Shown here in pieces: positions 38,482 to 54,091 of a DNA stretch of 64,000 bases (the first letter of the stretch is position 1; every line of letters starts with the position of its first letter). The stretch is from the human T2T-CHM13v2.0 reference genome, Homo sapiens. The translations under genes were made by a program, and so were the position numbers. The notes under the pieces are model-generated. The model ran no database searches. It saw nothing but the letters and a program-made list of their open reading frames with translations, and was not told where the DNA came from. The DNA lies in the NCBI RefSeq assembly GCF_009914755.1, contig NC_060931.1; one strand, 5' to 3'.

Positions 38482-41400
38482 TGATGAAACCTGCACCCCA
38501 GACCAGCTTCAAGAGAATTCCAAGACACCCATGGTAGTTGTAGGCCATCATGTCATACATGGGAAATGGTGAGGACAGGAAAAGGGAGGATTTATTGAAT
38601 ACCTTCCAGCTGTGCTACAGCACTCCAGGAGTGTGTGGTCTAGTTTGTCTAATCCATAAATGGGTGAGGACTCTCCTGAGGGCTTCTGGAAGAGCATTTG
38701 ACACAGGCTTTGGGCCTCTTGAGGCTCTCCTGGTCTCAATGTATAGCTGCGAGCAGGTCTGGAAACTCTTAGAGTGAGAGGGATTTCTTGGTATGCCGGA
38801 AATGCAAGTTTTGTGCCCTTCATCGCATGTATGTGGGCCAGGCAGTGCCATTCACAACCATCCCAGGGATGGTCGGCTCTGAAACTCTCTAGTGTGCTCA
38901 GGCTTCGGGGCTGGTCACAGTGGGAGTCGCTGACTTAGCTGTGCAGTATTGAGCAAGCCCCTTCCTGTTTCCAGAGGTGACAGTCCTCAGCTAGAAAAGG
39001 GAGGTGAGACTATCTACTTCGTAGGAATATATCATGGTAAAACCTGACACATAGGTTTTCAGTAATGGAAGGATTTTTCATGCTTGGAGGGTGAGTTCTT
39101 ACTGGGCATGATCAAAGGAAGAATGCAGAAATCAGAAAGTGATTTCGCCAGCAGAAGCTGGAACAAAGTGCACGTGTGCACAGACCACTGAACAAAACAT
39201 CCCTCTCCGTCACCAGGATGGAGTGGACCCTCCCATTTGCACAGTTGTCCTTCACACTGGCTGGTATCATTGCCCCTGACAGGGCTGCCTTTGCTCATCA
39301 AGTACTGAGTGCAAATGACTTGGGATCTTTGCACAGCTTGCCAAAAGGCCCTGGACCTACCTGTGGTTTAGAACAACTAGTCAGGCCCTGGAGAATGTTC
39401 CTGCAGGACCCCACTGTCAGATGTTCCAATTTTGAATCATCTCGAAATCTGTTCTTGAAAATGAGATTTCTTCCCTGAAGCACTTTGTTACTGATTTCAC
39501 TCAAACAGCTCTGATTCAAACCACTGCTTTCCCCTGTGCCATGGAAGGCTAAGGCTTTGTGATCCCCAAGTGTTGCACCTGTGGTCTGCTTGTTCAGTAT
39601 GAATATGCTTCCTGAATATTTTTTGACCACATTGGCCTCAACCACCTCATCCACAGCAAGTTCCTTAATCAGAAAAAAAAAAAAAAAAAAAAGAGGTGGG
39701 TGATGGGAGATCCTGTAAAAGCTGGCACTGTCACCAACACGTGTCTCGTCTTAGACTTTCTCCTCTCTCTAAGGCCCAGGTCCATGCTGCCCTGTTACTC
39801 CTGGCTGCCCAGGACTGTGTACAGCAGTCCTCAGTTCCCATCTACCAAAACCAGGCCCTCTGCTGCTCCCCTCCTCCTCAGTCAGAGCTTATTAACGCTA
39901 GCCTCATTCTATTCTGTTCTGCTGTCTGCTAAGGACAGGGTAAATTAACCCATGCTGAGGATGCATGGGGGCTCATTAAAAGAGCTCTGGGCTAGGATGG
40001 GGGGCCTGTGTCATGGGCTCCCCTCCTAGTAGCTGTGTGCCCTGGGTAAGCTGCTCCACCTTTCAGAATACCAGTTTATTTTACTATAGAATAGGGCATA
40101 TAATGTCAATATTTAAGAAAATTGTGAGAATTAGAGAGACAACATGAATTTAAAAACATAATATTAACTGTTAGATGAATGTGAAGCTGACAATGAATTC
40201 ACATTATTCTTCTCAAGTAGCATTGAAATTTTGGGGGAAGTTTTTTAAATCAAGATTTTAAAAATTGCTACATAATAACTGTACATATTTCTGGTGTACA
40301 TGTGACATTTCAATACGTGCATGCAATGTGTAATGATCAAATTAGGGTAATTAGGATATCCGTCATCTCAAATATGTATCATTTCTTTGTCTTGGAAACA
40401 TTTAAAATTCTCTTTTCCAGCTATTTTGAAATATACAATGAATTGTTGTTAACCAAAGTCACCCTACTGTGCTATTCAACACCAGGACTTATTCCATCTA
40501 ACTGTATTTCTGTAGCCATTAATCAATCTCTCTTTATTCACCCTTTCCCACCCTTCCAAGTCTCTGGTATCTATCGTTCTATTCTCTACCTCCTTGAGAT
40601 CACCTTCTTTAGTTTCCACAAGTGAGTGAGAACATGCAGTATTTGTCTTGCTGTGCCTGGCTTATTTCACTTAACATAATAACCTCCAGTTTCATCCATG
40701 TCGATGCAAATGACAGGATTTCATTCTTCTTAATGGCCAGATGGTATTCCATTGTGTACATGTACCACATTTTCTTTATCCATTTATCTGTTGATGGACA
40801 CTTAAGTTGATTTCATACCTTGACTGCTGTGGCTAGTGCTGCAATAAACATGGGTTTATACTACAAAGTATGTCAGTATACCTTTCCAACATACTGATTT
40901 TCTTTTGAATACATAACCAGCAGTGGGATTGATAGATTATATATTAGATCTATTTTTAGTTGTTTGAGGAAGCTCCATACTGTTTTCTATAGTGGGCTGT
41001 ACCATTTATAATCCCACCAACAGTGTGCTAGTAGTGCCCTTTCAAAGCATCCTTACCAGCATCAGTTATTTTTGTCTTTTTGATGATAGCCATTTTAATT
41101 GGGGTGAGATGATATTTCAGGGTGACTTTGATTTGCATTTCCCTCATGATTCATGATGCTGAGCATTTTTAAATATACCTGTTGGCCATTTGAATGTCTT
41201 CTTTTGAGAAATATCTATTCAGATCCTTTGCCCATTTTCTAATCAGGTTTTTTGCTGTTGTTTGAGCTCCTTGTATATTCTGGCTATTAATTCCTTGTCA
41301 GGTAGGTAGTTTACAAATATTTTCTCCCATTCTGCAGATTGTCTCTTCACTCTGTTGATTGTTTCCTTTGCTATGCAAAAAGTTTTTAGCTTGATGTAGT

Positions 41401-41849
41401 CTCATTTGTCTATTTTTGCTTTTATTGCCTATGCTTTTGAGTTCTTACCCAAAGAGTCTTTGCCCAAACCAATGTCCTGAAGCATTTTCCCACCTTTTCC
41501 TTCTACTAGTTTTATAGTTTTTCAGGTCTTGCACTTAAGTCTTTCATCTGTTTTGAGTTGATTTTTGTATATGGTGAGACATTGGGGTCTAGTTCTACTT
41601 TTGAGCATATGGATATCCAGTTTTCCCAGCACTGTTTATAGATGACATTATCCTTTAGCCAATGCATGTTCTCTGAGCCTTTGTCAAAAATGAGTTGGTT
41701 GCAAATATGTATATTTATTTCTGGGTTCTCTATTCTGTTCCACTGGTCTATTTGTCTGTTTTTATACCAGTACCATGCTGCTTTGGTTACTATAGCTTTG
41801 TAGTATATTTTGAAGTCAGGTAGTGTGATGCCTCCAGCTTTGTTCTTCT

Positions 41850-42186
<337 letters not shown>

Positions 42187-45100
42187 TAGGTTCCACACAA
42201 ATTTTACAGTTGTTTTTTCTATTTCTGTGAAGAATGCCATTGGTACTTTGATAGAGATTGCATTGAATCTGTAGATCACATTGGGTGATGAACATCTTAA
42301 CAATATGAATTCTTTTAATCCATGAACATGAGATATCTTTTCATTTTTGTTGTTTCCTCTTCAATGTCTTTCACCAGTGTTTTATAGTTTTTATTGCAGA
42401 GATCTTTTTAAATCTTTAGTTAAATTTATTCCTAGGTATTTTATTTCTTTGTAGTTATTATACATGGGATTGTTTTGCTGATTTCTTTTCAAGACTGTTC
42501 AGTTTCGGTGTATAGAAGTGCTACTGATTTTTATGTATTGATTTTGTATCCTGCAACTTTTACTGAATTCATTTATTGGTTCTAATAGTTTTTTGATGGG
42601 GTCTTTGGATTTTTCTAAATATGAGATTACGACATCTGTGAACAAAGCTAATTTGACTTTTTCCTTTCCAGTCTGGATGCCTTTTATTTCTTTCTCCTAC
42701 CTAATTGTTCTATGTAATTTCTTCATTGACCCATTTGTTGTTCAGGACTTCCAGTACTATGTTGAATAAAAGTGGTAAAAGTTGCAACTTTGTCTTGTTC
42801 CAAATTTTAGAGGAAAGGCTTTCAGTCTTTGCCCATTCAGTGTGACATTAGCTGTGGGTCTGTCATATATGCCCTTTACTATTTTGAGGTATGTCCTCAA
42901 AGCACTTTGTTGAGAGTTTTTAATCATGAAGGGATGTTAAATTTTATCACATGCTTTTTTTTTTTAGCATCAGTTGAAATGGTCAAATAATTTTTGTTCT
43001 TGATTTTGTTAATGTGATAGAGATCATGTTTGTTGTTTTGCATATGTTAACCATCCTTGCATCCATGTGATGAATCCCACTTGATTATGGTGAATGATCT
43101 TTTTAATGTGTTGTTGAATTTGGTTTGCTTGTATTTTGTTGAGGATTGTTGCATTTATTCTCATATGAGATATTGGCCTATAGTTTTCTTTTTTTGGTTA
43201 TGTCCTTGGCTGATTTTAGAATTAGTATAATGCTGGTCTCACAGAATGAGTTTGGAAGTGTGTCTTCCTCTTCAACTTTTTGTAATAGTTTGAGTGGGGT
43301 TGGTATTATTTCTTTTTTAAATGATTGGTAGAATTCAGCATAAAAGCCAGGTTCTGGGCTGCTCTTTGATGGGAGACTTTTCATTACTGCTTTAATCTTG
43401 TTACCCATTATAGGTCTGTTCAGATTTTCTATTTTTTTCATGATTCAATTTGGGAGGTTGTAAGTGCCCAAGAATATATCCATTTCTTCTAGGTTTTCCA
43501 ATTGATTTGCATATAGTTGTTCAAAATAGTCTGTAATAATCCTTTGTATTTCTGTGATATCAGTTGTAGTGTCTCATTTTTCATCTTTAATTTTATTTAT
43601 CTGGGTCTTTTTTTTTCTTAGTCTAGCTAAAGGTTTGTCAATTCTGCTTATTTTTTTAAAAAACTAACTTTCTGTTTTATTGATCTTTTGTATTTTTTCG
43701 TTTCAGTTTTGTTTATTTCTGCTCTAATCTTTATTATTATTTTTTCTAAAAATTCGGGGTTTGGTTTGCTCTTGCTTTTCTAGTTCCTTGAGATCTATTG
43801 TTAGGTTTTTAATTCGAAATCTTTATGCTTTTTTGATGTAGGCATTGCTGTAACTTCTGTCTTAGAACTGATTTTGCTGTGTCCCATAGGTTTTGGTATG
43901 GTGTGTTTTTATTTTGTCTCAAGGAATTTTTTAATGTTTATTTTAATTTCTTCATTGACCCAATTGTTGTTTAGGAACATGTTGGTTACTTTCCATGGAT
44001 TTGTACACTTTCCAATGCTCTTTGGTTATTGATTTTTAGAAAACTAAAAATTCCATTGTGGTCAGAAAAGATACGGTGTTCTTTGTTGGCAGGTGGTTTC
44101 TTTCAGCACTTTGAATATAGCATCCCATTTTCTCCTGGCCTGCATGGTTTCTGCTGAGAAATCTGCTGAAAGCCATATTGGAGCTCTGTTGAATGTGATA
44201 TGTTTCTTTTATCTTGCTACTTTGAGTATTCTTTCTATGTCTTTGATTTTTGTTAATTTGATTATAATGTGCCTTTGTGAATTCCTCTTTGGAATGAATT
44301 TAATTGGTGACCTCTGAGCTTCCTGAAATGCTGTCATTTCTCTCCACATTTGGGAAAATTTCAGCCTTATTTCTTTAAATATGCATTCCATGCCTTTCTG
44401 TCTCTCATCTGCCTCAGGAATAACTTAAATCTACTTAAAGAAATTACTTCACATGATTACTTCACATGATGGTGACACATAATTATCGTCGGCTTCTTCA
44501 CTCTTCTTTCTTTTTTCCTTCTCTGATTGGGTTATTTCGTAGGTTGTCTTCAAGCTTTCTAATTTCTTTCCTCTGTTTGATCAAGCCTACTGTTGAAGCT
44601 TTCTAATGAGTTTTTTTGGTTCAGTTTTTTTTAATTAGAATTTCTATTTAGTTTTTTAAACTTGTTTCTATTTCTTTGTCAAATGTCTCACTTTGTTCCT
44701 GAATTGTTTTCCAAATTTTATTTAGTTTCTACCTGTTTCTTTTTATGATTGTCTGAACTTCTTTAAGAGCATTATTCTGACCTATCTGTCAGACTTTTTC
44801 TAGGTCTTCAATGCTTCTCGGTTCATTGCTGGAGTTTTCTTGGTTACTTTTATCGGTGTCCTATTTCCCTGAGTTTTCACAATCCGTGCATCTTTGCATT
44901 GACGCCAGCACATTTGAGGATACAGTCATATCTTTCCATTTTTGCAGGTATTCTTTGGTGGGGTTGACCTTCACTTCTTAGTATTGGTACTTAAACACAG
45001 GTCTGTTGTTGCTTCCTGCTCTGGGGAGGACTTATAATGAGCTCTGAAACTAAAACACTGCACTAGAACTAACTAATTGCTTCGTCATTGTTTTTTGGTT

Positions 45101-45866
45101 TGGGGAAGACTTACAACAAATGCAAAAACTTAAATGCTGCTCCAGAAGTAAACTGTTGCCGTGTTGTTGTTTCCAAGTCTGGTGAAAACTTCTAGTGGGT
45201 ACTGGATATTAAATGCTGCCCTGGAACTATATTACTGTTTTGCTGTTGTTTCCTAGTCTGGGGAAGACTTAAGTGAGCACCAGAACTTAATCCTGACCTT
45301 TCAGTTGTTCCTAGGCCAGGGAGGCTCCAGTAAGCACTGGAACTTTGTGGAAAATCCTGCCAGGGATTCAGGCCTTCCTGTGAATCATGCCCCCTGTGGT
45401 GCCATGGTGTTGGCCAGTCTCTTCAACATGGTGTCACTGATCAGGGTGCTGATTAGCTGCCATGATTCCTGTGCCAGTCGCTGTGATCAGCCCTTCACTC
45501 TTTGTCCTCAATTCACCCCAGGTGGCTCAGCTCTCCTGGACTCCTAGTGTTTCCCATAGGAGAGGACCAGAATGGGCTTCCCGTGAAGATTCCCACACTG
45601 CTGGGGAGCTCATACATTCATCTTCAATTCCCTCCTCTCGTCTTCGAAACTGTGAGTCTAGGGAACTTCTCCGTGAGTGCATTGTGCCAGCTTGGGGAAG
45701 GGGTTTGCAGTTTGAAATGACAATTTACTTCACCAGTTTCAGCTACTCATGATTCTGTGGGTCCAAAAGATTTCTCTGCTTCTCCCGCTGAATCCTTGTA
45801 TATTCAGAATGATGTTCTTGTCTTCAAATCATTTCTGGTAATATTTTTGTAGGAGGAGTGATGCTG

Positions 45867-45946
45867 GGGGATCTTCTGTTATGTCATCTTCCTGATGTCA
45901 CAACCTGGGGATCTTCTGTTATGTCATCTTCCTGATGTCACAACCT
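45867..45946. repeat. Perfect 40-bp tandem duplication
   Basis: GGGGATCTTCTGTTATGTCATCTTCCTGATGTCACAACCT x2 (45867-45906, 45907-45946). Confidence 0.97.
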
Positions 45947-48539
45947 AAATCGGTATTGGAATTTTAATATGGTTTCCTTTGTATGTTATCTCAGAAGACT
46001 TAAATGAATTTGTTTTAGCAACACATGCACAAAGGTACAAAGTAGGACTTCAGAAAAGCCCGGAGGATTGACCAACCATGGATACTCTCACTGGTGGGAG
46101 GAACATCTGATGTAATCACATAGTGGGAGAGAACCTATCTCCTAAGAGGTACATTGATAGCAACCAGCAGGAAGAGCTGCAGGAAATACATCAGTAATCT
46201 TTGAGGCATTCATAATGTAGTGATGGTTGTCCCAGTACTGCAAACTGGCCCAGCCAACAATAGGATCTGTTCTTCAACACTCCTTTCCTACCCTCTCCTC
46301 ATTCATTCCCCATCCATTCATTCATATGCTTTGAGATTCTTGAGATTTTTAGAGATATATACATACCCACTAAGAATGGGGGTTTTGAGATACTTTTATT
46401 CAATTTCCAGAAATATTACATACATTGGAAAAAGTATGCCATTTATAATCACAATTTTCTTCTAAAGATGATGAATTACATTAAATAGAAGTTCTTTTGT
46501 CTGCTGGGCACGTGGTAGAAAGTTTGGGGCTTGGGGAAAGGAATCATGGCAAGTGAATTGCTTTTTATATGTAAGGTGGAAGAATTTGGACGCATGGAAG
46601 GGGATAAGAATGGAGAACAGATAGAGAGAAGGGAGAAGCAGGGACAGATGAGACACCAGATTCTTCTTGGCTAAAGAGAATGAGAAATGTTGAGAGAAGT
46701 GTTGGGAGGTGGGGTGGCAACAAGACCAGAGCTAATAGGAAGATCCTATATGAATTTGTAAGTTTGTTGTGCTATGCATGGGAGAAATGATACTTTGCCC
46801 AGATTGTGAATGGCATTTTTGTGGAAACCAATGAGGAAACTTGAGATGTTTGGATTGGAGAATGACAGGGCTAAGGAGACACAAGTAAAACAAGTGCATA
46901 AGTGCAGTGGCCATGCAAATATGTACCTCAGGGATTAGCAAGTATAATATCTTGGGGAGGGCTTTAGACATACATATGCTATAAATTGGGGGCAGGGTGG
47001 GATTAAACTACTTTTACCTAGACCTCCAAAATGTAGAGTTAATTTTGAATGCACATAACAGAATAAAACAAAATAAATATAGCATAAACAAGCTTGAAGT
47101 TTATTTATTCATTCATTTTTAGATTTAAAAAGTCCAGAGCTGGACACTTCAGAGCTGGTATGGCAGTCCCATGATGTCTTCAGGGACCTAAACTCCTAAT
47201 TTCTTGTCCCACTCTTAGAGCTGACTTGCATCCTTAAGATGAGCTAAAGGTCTAAAATGACTGCTAGAGCTTGAGTCATCATGTCTATGTTCCAGGAACT
47301 CACACCTTCACATATAGGATCTTCCCCCAAAAGTCTCCCCTGACACTTTGCTTACATTTCATTGGCCATGCCTAGTTGCAAGGGACGCTGACAAATAGCA
47401 CCATATGACCACTCTTAATTACAAGGGAAGATGTCGGCAAAGTGTTTAGCAAAAAATCAGGGTTATAAAAAAGGGAAACGGGATACTGGGAATTAATTGT
47501 TCACCATATATATCATGTATAAAGTATGTAAATGTTTTGTCTAAATTAAATATATTTGATCACTGTGTATTATAAGTTTTTGGAAGGTGAAAAGAAGCAC
47601 ACAGTTCTGCCTGTTTTCCCCAGTGGGGTTTTCTTTGAGTGCTGAGCAGATAGATGTTCCCACTTTTGCCTCCAATCTGTCCTTGGGAGCTCATGAAAAT
47701 AAGAGCTGACAAAAATCCTCATGAAAATAGCTGAGACTCAGATGAGTCATGCTAACCTGTGGTTGGAGGGCTATCGTGAATAATAGACAGGCTCCTGCCT
47801 TACCAGGGGTTTGCCACTACATTAAAAAAAAATTAGTTAAATCTCCTCCGGGGATACGTTCATAGATGAAGCCCAAGTAAAATCCAGTAAGCTTCAAATT
47901 AAACATGAACAAAGTGCCAAAAACAGCTTTATGTTTCAGTTGTAGGATGTAGAACACTGCAATTGTATGGGATTCTTAAATGATATAGCCAAACTAGGGT
48001 GGTCGTGGTTGAATGATCTGAGAGATGAAGTGGCTAAACACATGGCAACGCTGAGAACTGACCTGTACTGCAGAGGACAGTGACTATTTTCCTGCATGGG
48101 CAGGAGGGATCAAGCCCTCAGCTGCCCCAAATGCACAATGTAAGCTCAGATCAGTTTATTACTGGATTCTTTGAAGTTCCTGCATGAGGGCTAAAGGTCT
48201 CTCTTTCTGATATTCCATGTTATTGTACCGGGAGTTAGGGAACAAACAGAATAGGGGGACAAGGGAGAAGATCATAAAATTGCTTTACGTGGTGCTCAGC
48301 CCAGAGCAAGAGCTCAAAATGTTGAATCCAAATCCACATCCAAACAGCTGCCAAATGCTTTCCATGGAAGGGTTGGGTGATGGGAGGAAGTTGGAGTGGG
48401 GATGAATATCCTTTTATAGATTTGGGAAAATAGCCACCATAAATATATGCCTAAATGACCTTTTGTTAAGATAATATAGACTTTTAGAGAAAAAGAAAGG
48501 TCCAGGAGCACAATTAAAAAATAAAATTAAAGAAAAATA

Positions 48540-49050
48540 CTAATCCGAATCTAAAACATGATAGGTCATATCATCCTATTGCTTATGACCTGTCAAAGCT
48601 CCCCCTTGCCCTCCAGATACAGAGCAAATTACTCAGAAGGATTCACAGAGCTGTTCAACATCTGGAACCTGCTCTTCTCTCTGGGCATGTTTCTAGTCAT
48701 TCACATGTGCCCTATGTACGGTCACACTGAGTTACCTGGGATGCTCCCAGACAGGCCCAAATGTTCATGCCTCAGTGCCTTTGCATGAGTTTTCACCTGG
48801 ATGGGACTTCCTTCTCCTTATCTTCCAGGACAATGCCTCCTTTTCCTTAAGGCTTCCTCTTCTTAGAAGCCTTCCCTGTCCCTTGCCAAGCACAAGTGTT
48901 TGCTCTGTCTGTACCACTCCCCAGGCACTTCATCATTAGGGTGGTCATCTGATTACTCTATTGGCTGTGGGTTCCTGGAAAGCAGGTTATCGAGCACCAT
49001 CACTGTAGAATATGTAGCTGATTCATGGCAGATACTCAAATGTTCATGGG
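48540..49050 (+). mobile_element. L2 fragment
   Basis: L2-like tract (tcatgcctcagtgcctttgcatg...gaagccttccctg...gatactcaaatgtt). Confidence 0.6.
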
Positions 49051-49841
49051 GGGATAAGTGAGCAAAACAGAGAAAAATGAGGCAATGTTAGATATTATGC
49101 CAGTACAGTTAAATAGATGGGGATTTTTTTAATGTTCTCAGGAGGATTATGTAAAGGAAGTGCATTAAAGACAGCAAATTTGGGTCTCAGAACTAAAACC
49201 TGATGCAAATGCCGAGGAATCAGGTCAGCAAAGGATGCACTGAGGGCAGAGCATCAAGTTAGGATTTGAGATGCAGTCCCGAAACTGGGCAGAGAGAAAA
49301 CAGGAAATGAGAGTGTTATGTTGTCAGGCTGTAAAGTCTGAAGTCTTGCAATTTCCTCCTCTTCTGCTACAATTTTTATAATAAGATGACAAAGTTCATT
49401 TCCCTAAAGACTGCAGGCCTGACCCAGGCCAGAGGAGTGGAGAAGCGCAGCACTGCTGTCACCTAACTGAGCTCAGACCCTCAAGCCAGAGCTGCTCTGA
49501 AGAGCAGCGGGGAAGGGGGCAGCCAGACGGATGTTCGCCTGCCAGAGAGAGAAGACACAGAGGGTCCTTGGTCTCTGCGCCTGCAGCAGCAGGTCCTCCT
49601 TCAACAGCTCAGAGATGCCCAAACTGCTCTTAGCTGGAACGAATTACTTCTTGCCAGGCTTGAAATTCGTTTCAGGTGGGAGGAGAACATTGCCGTAAGT
49701 GGAGATTGCAGAGTTGGCAAAATGAAGTGAGGCTGTAGGACTGGGACCTGGTACCTGGTACGTTAAGGGACTGAAGCCTAGAGGGTCAGTCTGAATTGGC
49801 CTTCATTTTTATTTTCCACCCATGCCCCAAAGAGTGCTTTT

Positions 49842-50624
<783 letters not shown>

Positions 50625-53600
50625 TTTGCATTCCCTTCTATTATATAAAGTTTCGAGTATTTTTTTGTGTCCAGGTCTCCCAGTTGACACTACTTGAAGC
50701 AGAAGAATTGCTCAGTTGAGACAATCAACAAAAAAGAGAATAAAATGGTCATTGTTCTAAGCCTGTAAATGTTGGGGTCATTTGTATGTAACAGTAGATA
50801 ATCAGAACAGGGTGTGAGATTGGAGGTTGGTGTATTGTCAGCCAGTTGAGTTGGCCTCATGCAGATTGTTAAGGGCTTTGGCAGACCTGCGTTATTTCTT
50901 CGGTGCTTGTGCTTTGGGGAGTACTAGGGTTCTTCAATTTGGATCACATCAGTCCAAAAGCAGTAGACTTTTCTAGTGATCAGAATAATTGCTGCATGTC
51001 ACAAAAGAACATGAACCCAGACTCAGAAAAGAAACACAGGAAACCTTCAACAACAAGGATCTTCACATTGGGGCAAAGGTTACATTTTTTGGCTCGCACT
51101 TTCCAAGTCTCCTAATAATACTGATATCACTTGTTTTGGGGTGTGTGTTGTTACCGTGATGGGGCAGGGAAAGGAAAGTGAGGGCAGGTAGGTGAAGTTA
51201 TCTATCTGGGGCTTCTTGAACATATCACAACTGGGGTGGGGACTGAGGTTGTAGAATCTTGTCAACATTTACTCTTTGGATCGGGGTTTGGGATAACCTA
51301 TTAACTACCCTCAACCATGAGGCTGATAGAATCTTCCCAGAGCTGGCAAGTGAGACATCTATGTTGATTCCACCCGTACCGCCAGGAGTCAAGGAAGGGG
51401 CCAGGACTCCTGAATCAGGTTAGAAGCAGGTAACACAGTCAGAACAGTACAGAAAATGAGGACAAGGGGCTTGAAATGACTTGGCCAGGGTCAAAGCCCA
51501 GAATGAAAGCCCGGTTACTAATTTCAAAGCCAGAATCCTTTCTGTTGTTTCTTTCCACATTCCTTCAAATGCCCTGATTTCCCATATCCTGCTTTCAAGA
51601 GACCATTATGATGTTAGTCATTCACATTTTAATTGAATAAATGTTTTGCAGGAGGATGTAAATTTTTTTAAAAAGATTGTTGTTGAATAGGACACATAGG
51701 CCAAAATACAATCCAGATAAAATAACTTTGCTCTAATATATCTACATAATTATTTAATTCCATAATAAAAATCATTTATGTTATCTGTTTGGCTAAAACA
51801 TGTCTCCTCTCTTCAACTTCCATATATGTAGGCAGCAATTCACAGGGCAAGGATGTTGCCACGGGGCAAAGATCCAGGTGAAGGTGGTTTCAGCTTCCAC
51901 ATTCCTTAGACAGGTCCGAATTTGGCTGAGACTTTGAGGCCAACTCAGACATTCCCAGGTGAGTTGCTCCAGGTTGATGGGAATGTGAGCTCCCTTTAAG
52001 TATATCAAATCTTGTATTCCAGGGCTTCTCCCAGAAAATGCGGTCCTCCCAGGTCCTCATCTAATTTATCCCAGAGAAAGAAAATATGTCAGCTATCCAC
52101 AGCTAGAGAGGTCTGAAATTAGGGACTAATCCATCTCAGGCCTTTGTGCTTGGGGTAAGCCCTGGTGCCATGAGCCCTCTGCACTGCCTGCTGGCTCAGT
52201 GTCTAGGCCTGACCCTTCAGCCCCCTGCCAATCTCTCCTGGTCCTTGCCTGATCTGATTCCCACCCAGTACTCTTACACACCAGGTCCCTGCCTCCAATG
52301 ACCTCTTGCCCCTTCCTAAGGAGCTAGAATGGCCTCAGTCCCCCATCCCACAGATGGCTGTGGAAATCTCACTGGGGAGGGGCACTAATCTCTCAAACCA
52401 CATCCCACTGTGCACCTGACTTTGCATGTTACCCGTTGCCTGCATCTCAGGTATGCCCTACCAGCTGGACTGGGCCTTCGGGGTTATTGATATCTGCCTG
52501 AAATAAATTCTCACTCTGTGCCTTTAGACTCTGAACGCTAGACCAAATATCCTCCCCTGTAAGGGCCAATCTCAATAGCAGGGTTGAGTCCATCTCAACA
52601 TCGTCCATCTTGGTTTTGCAATCATTTCCATCCTCACTGGTCTGCAAGGCTGGAGTCCAGTTGGCTTTGCAGCTGAGGCCATCTAAGTTAGAATGTACCC
52701 AGCTCGAAGTCACTCTAGGATAGAACCAGAGTTTTGAATCATTCCAATGCCTTTTCCTGTCTCCTGGAAAAAAATGCAAATGCTTGTGATGCCTGTATTA
52801 ATACCTAAAAAATTAGCTGGTGCCTTGGGTATGACCTAGAGTCACTAGTACCTGTTCCACCTGCCCAGTTTGCTCTGACCCAGAGCGACTCTGCCTTCAG
52901 ACCTCATCCCTGGGTCTTCTCCTGGAACCAGACTCTTGCAGGCCATTTGCTAGACCATCCGCTCCCCTGGCATTCACTGCTTTGCTGGAATACACTCAGA
53001 AGTGGTTTAGCTCCTCCAGAACGACCACCTTCTCACTGCCCTGTCCAGTGCCTCTGCTCTCGCAGAGTTCAAGCCAAAAGACAATGGGATCATCTAGCCA
53101 GGTGTTTCCTGTAACATGGCTCATATGAAGTTGTCTCTCCGCAAACCTAGCAGGTAAAGCAACCAGCCAGCACCTTGCTTCAAAAACCCTGATGAGCGTT
53201 CCCCCTTGGAGGGGTCAGAAAACCTCATGGCTACAGGTCATGATATAAAAAGTCTTAATTTCAGATTCAGAAGCTTTCCTTCCACTCTTTGATTGAGAAA
53301 TTGCTCAGACTCTAAAACAGACCTATTTAAAGGCTATTGTTTGGTGGGCTGCCTCAAGGTGCGCATGTAGAACTGATTCAGGGGCTTACACAGGCCACAC
53401 CAAGAACAAGACAGTAAGTGCATGGCACCCACGAATAATGTGCTTGAATTCCACCATGCAGGAAAATAGTTCATTCTCAATCAACAGAAACAGAAACCTT
53501 TCATCCTGTCACTGTCAGCTCTGAAACTTAGGTCTTTTATGTCCATGGAGTCATAGGTCTTAAATTATATGATATGGATGGAAATAATCTGGTAGTGGCC

Positions 53601-53686
53601 TTTCCTCTCCATTTTCTCTCATACGTGAATTTTTAACATAAATATAAGGAAATAGTGCATTGATAAAAGTAAAAATGTTTCAGTGA

Positions 53687-54091
<405 letters not shown>

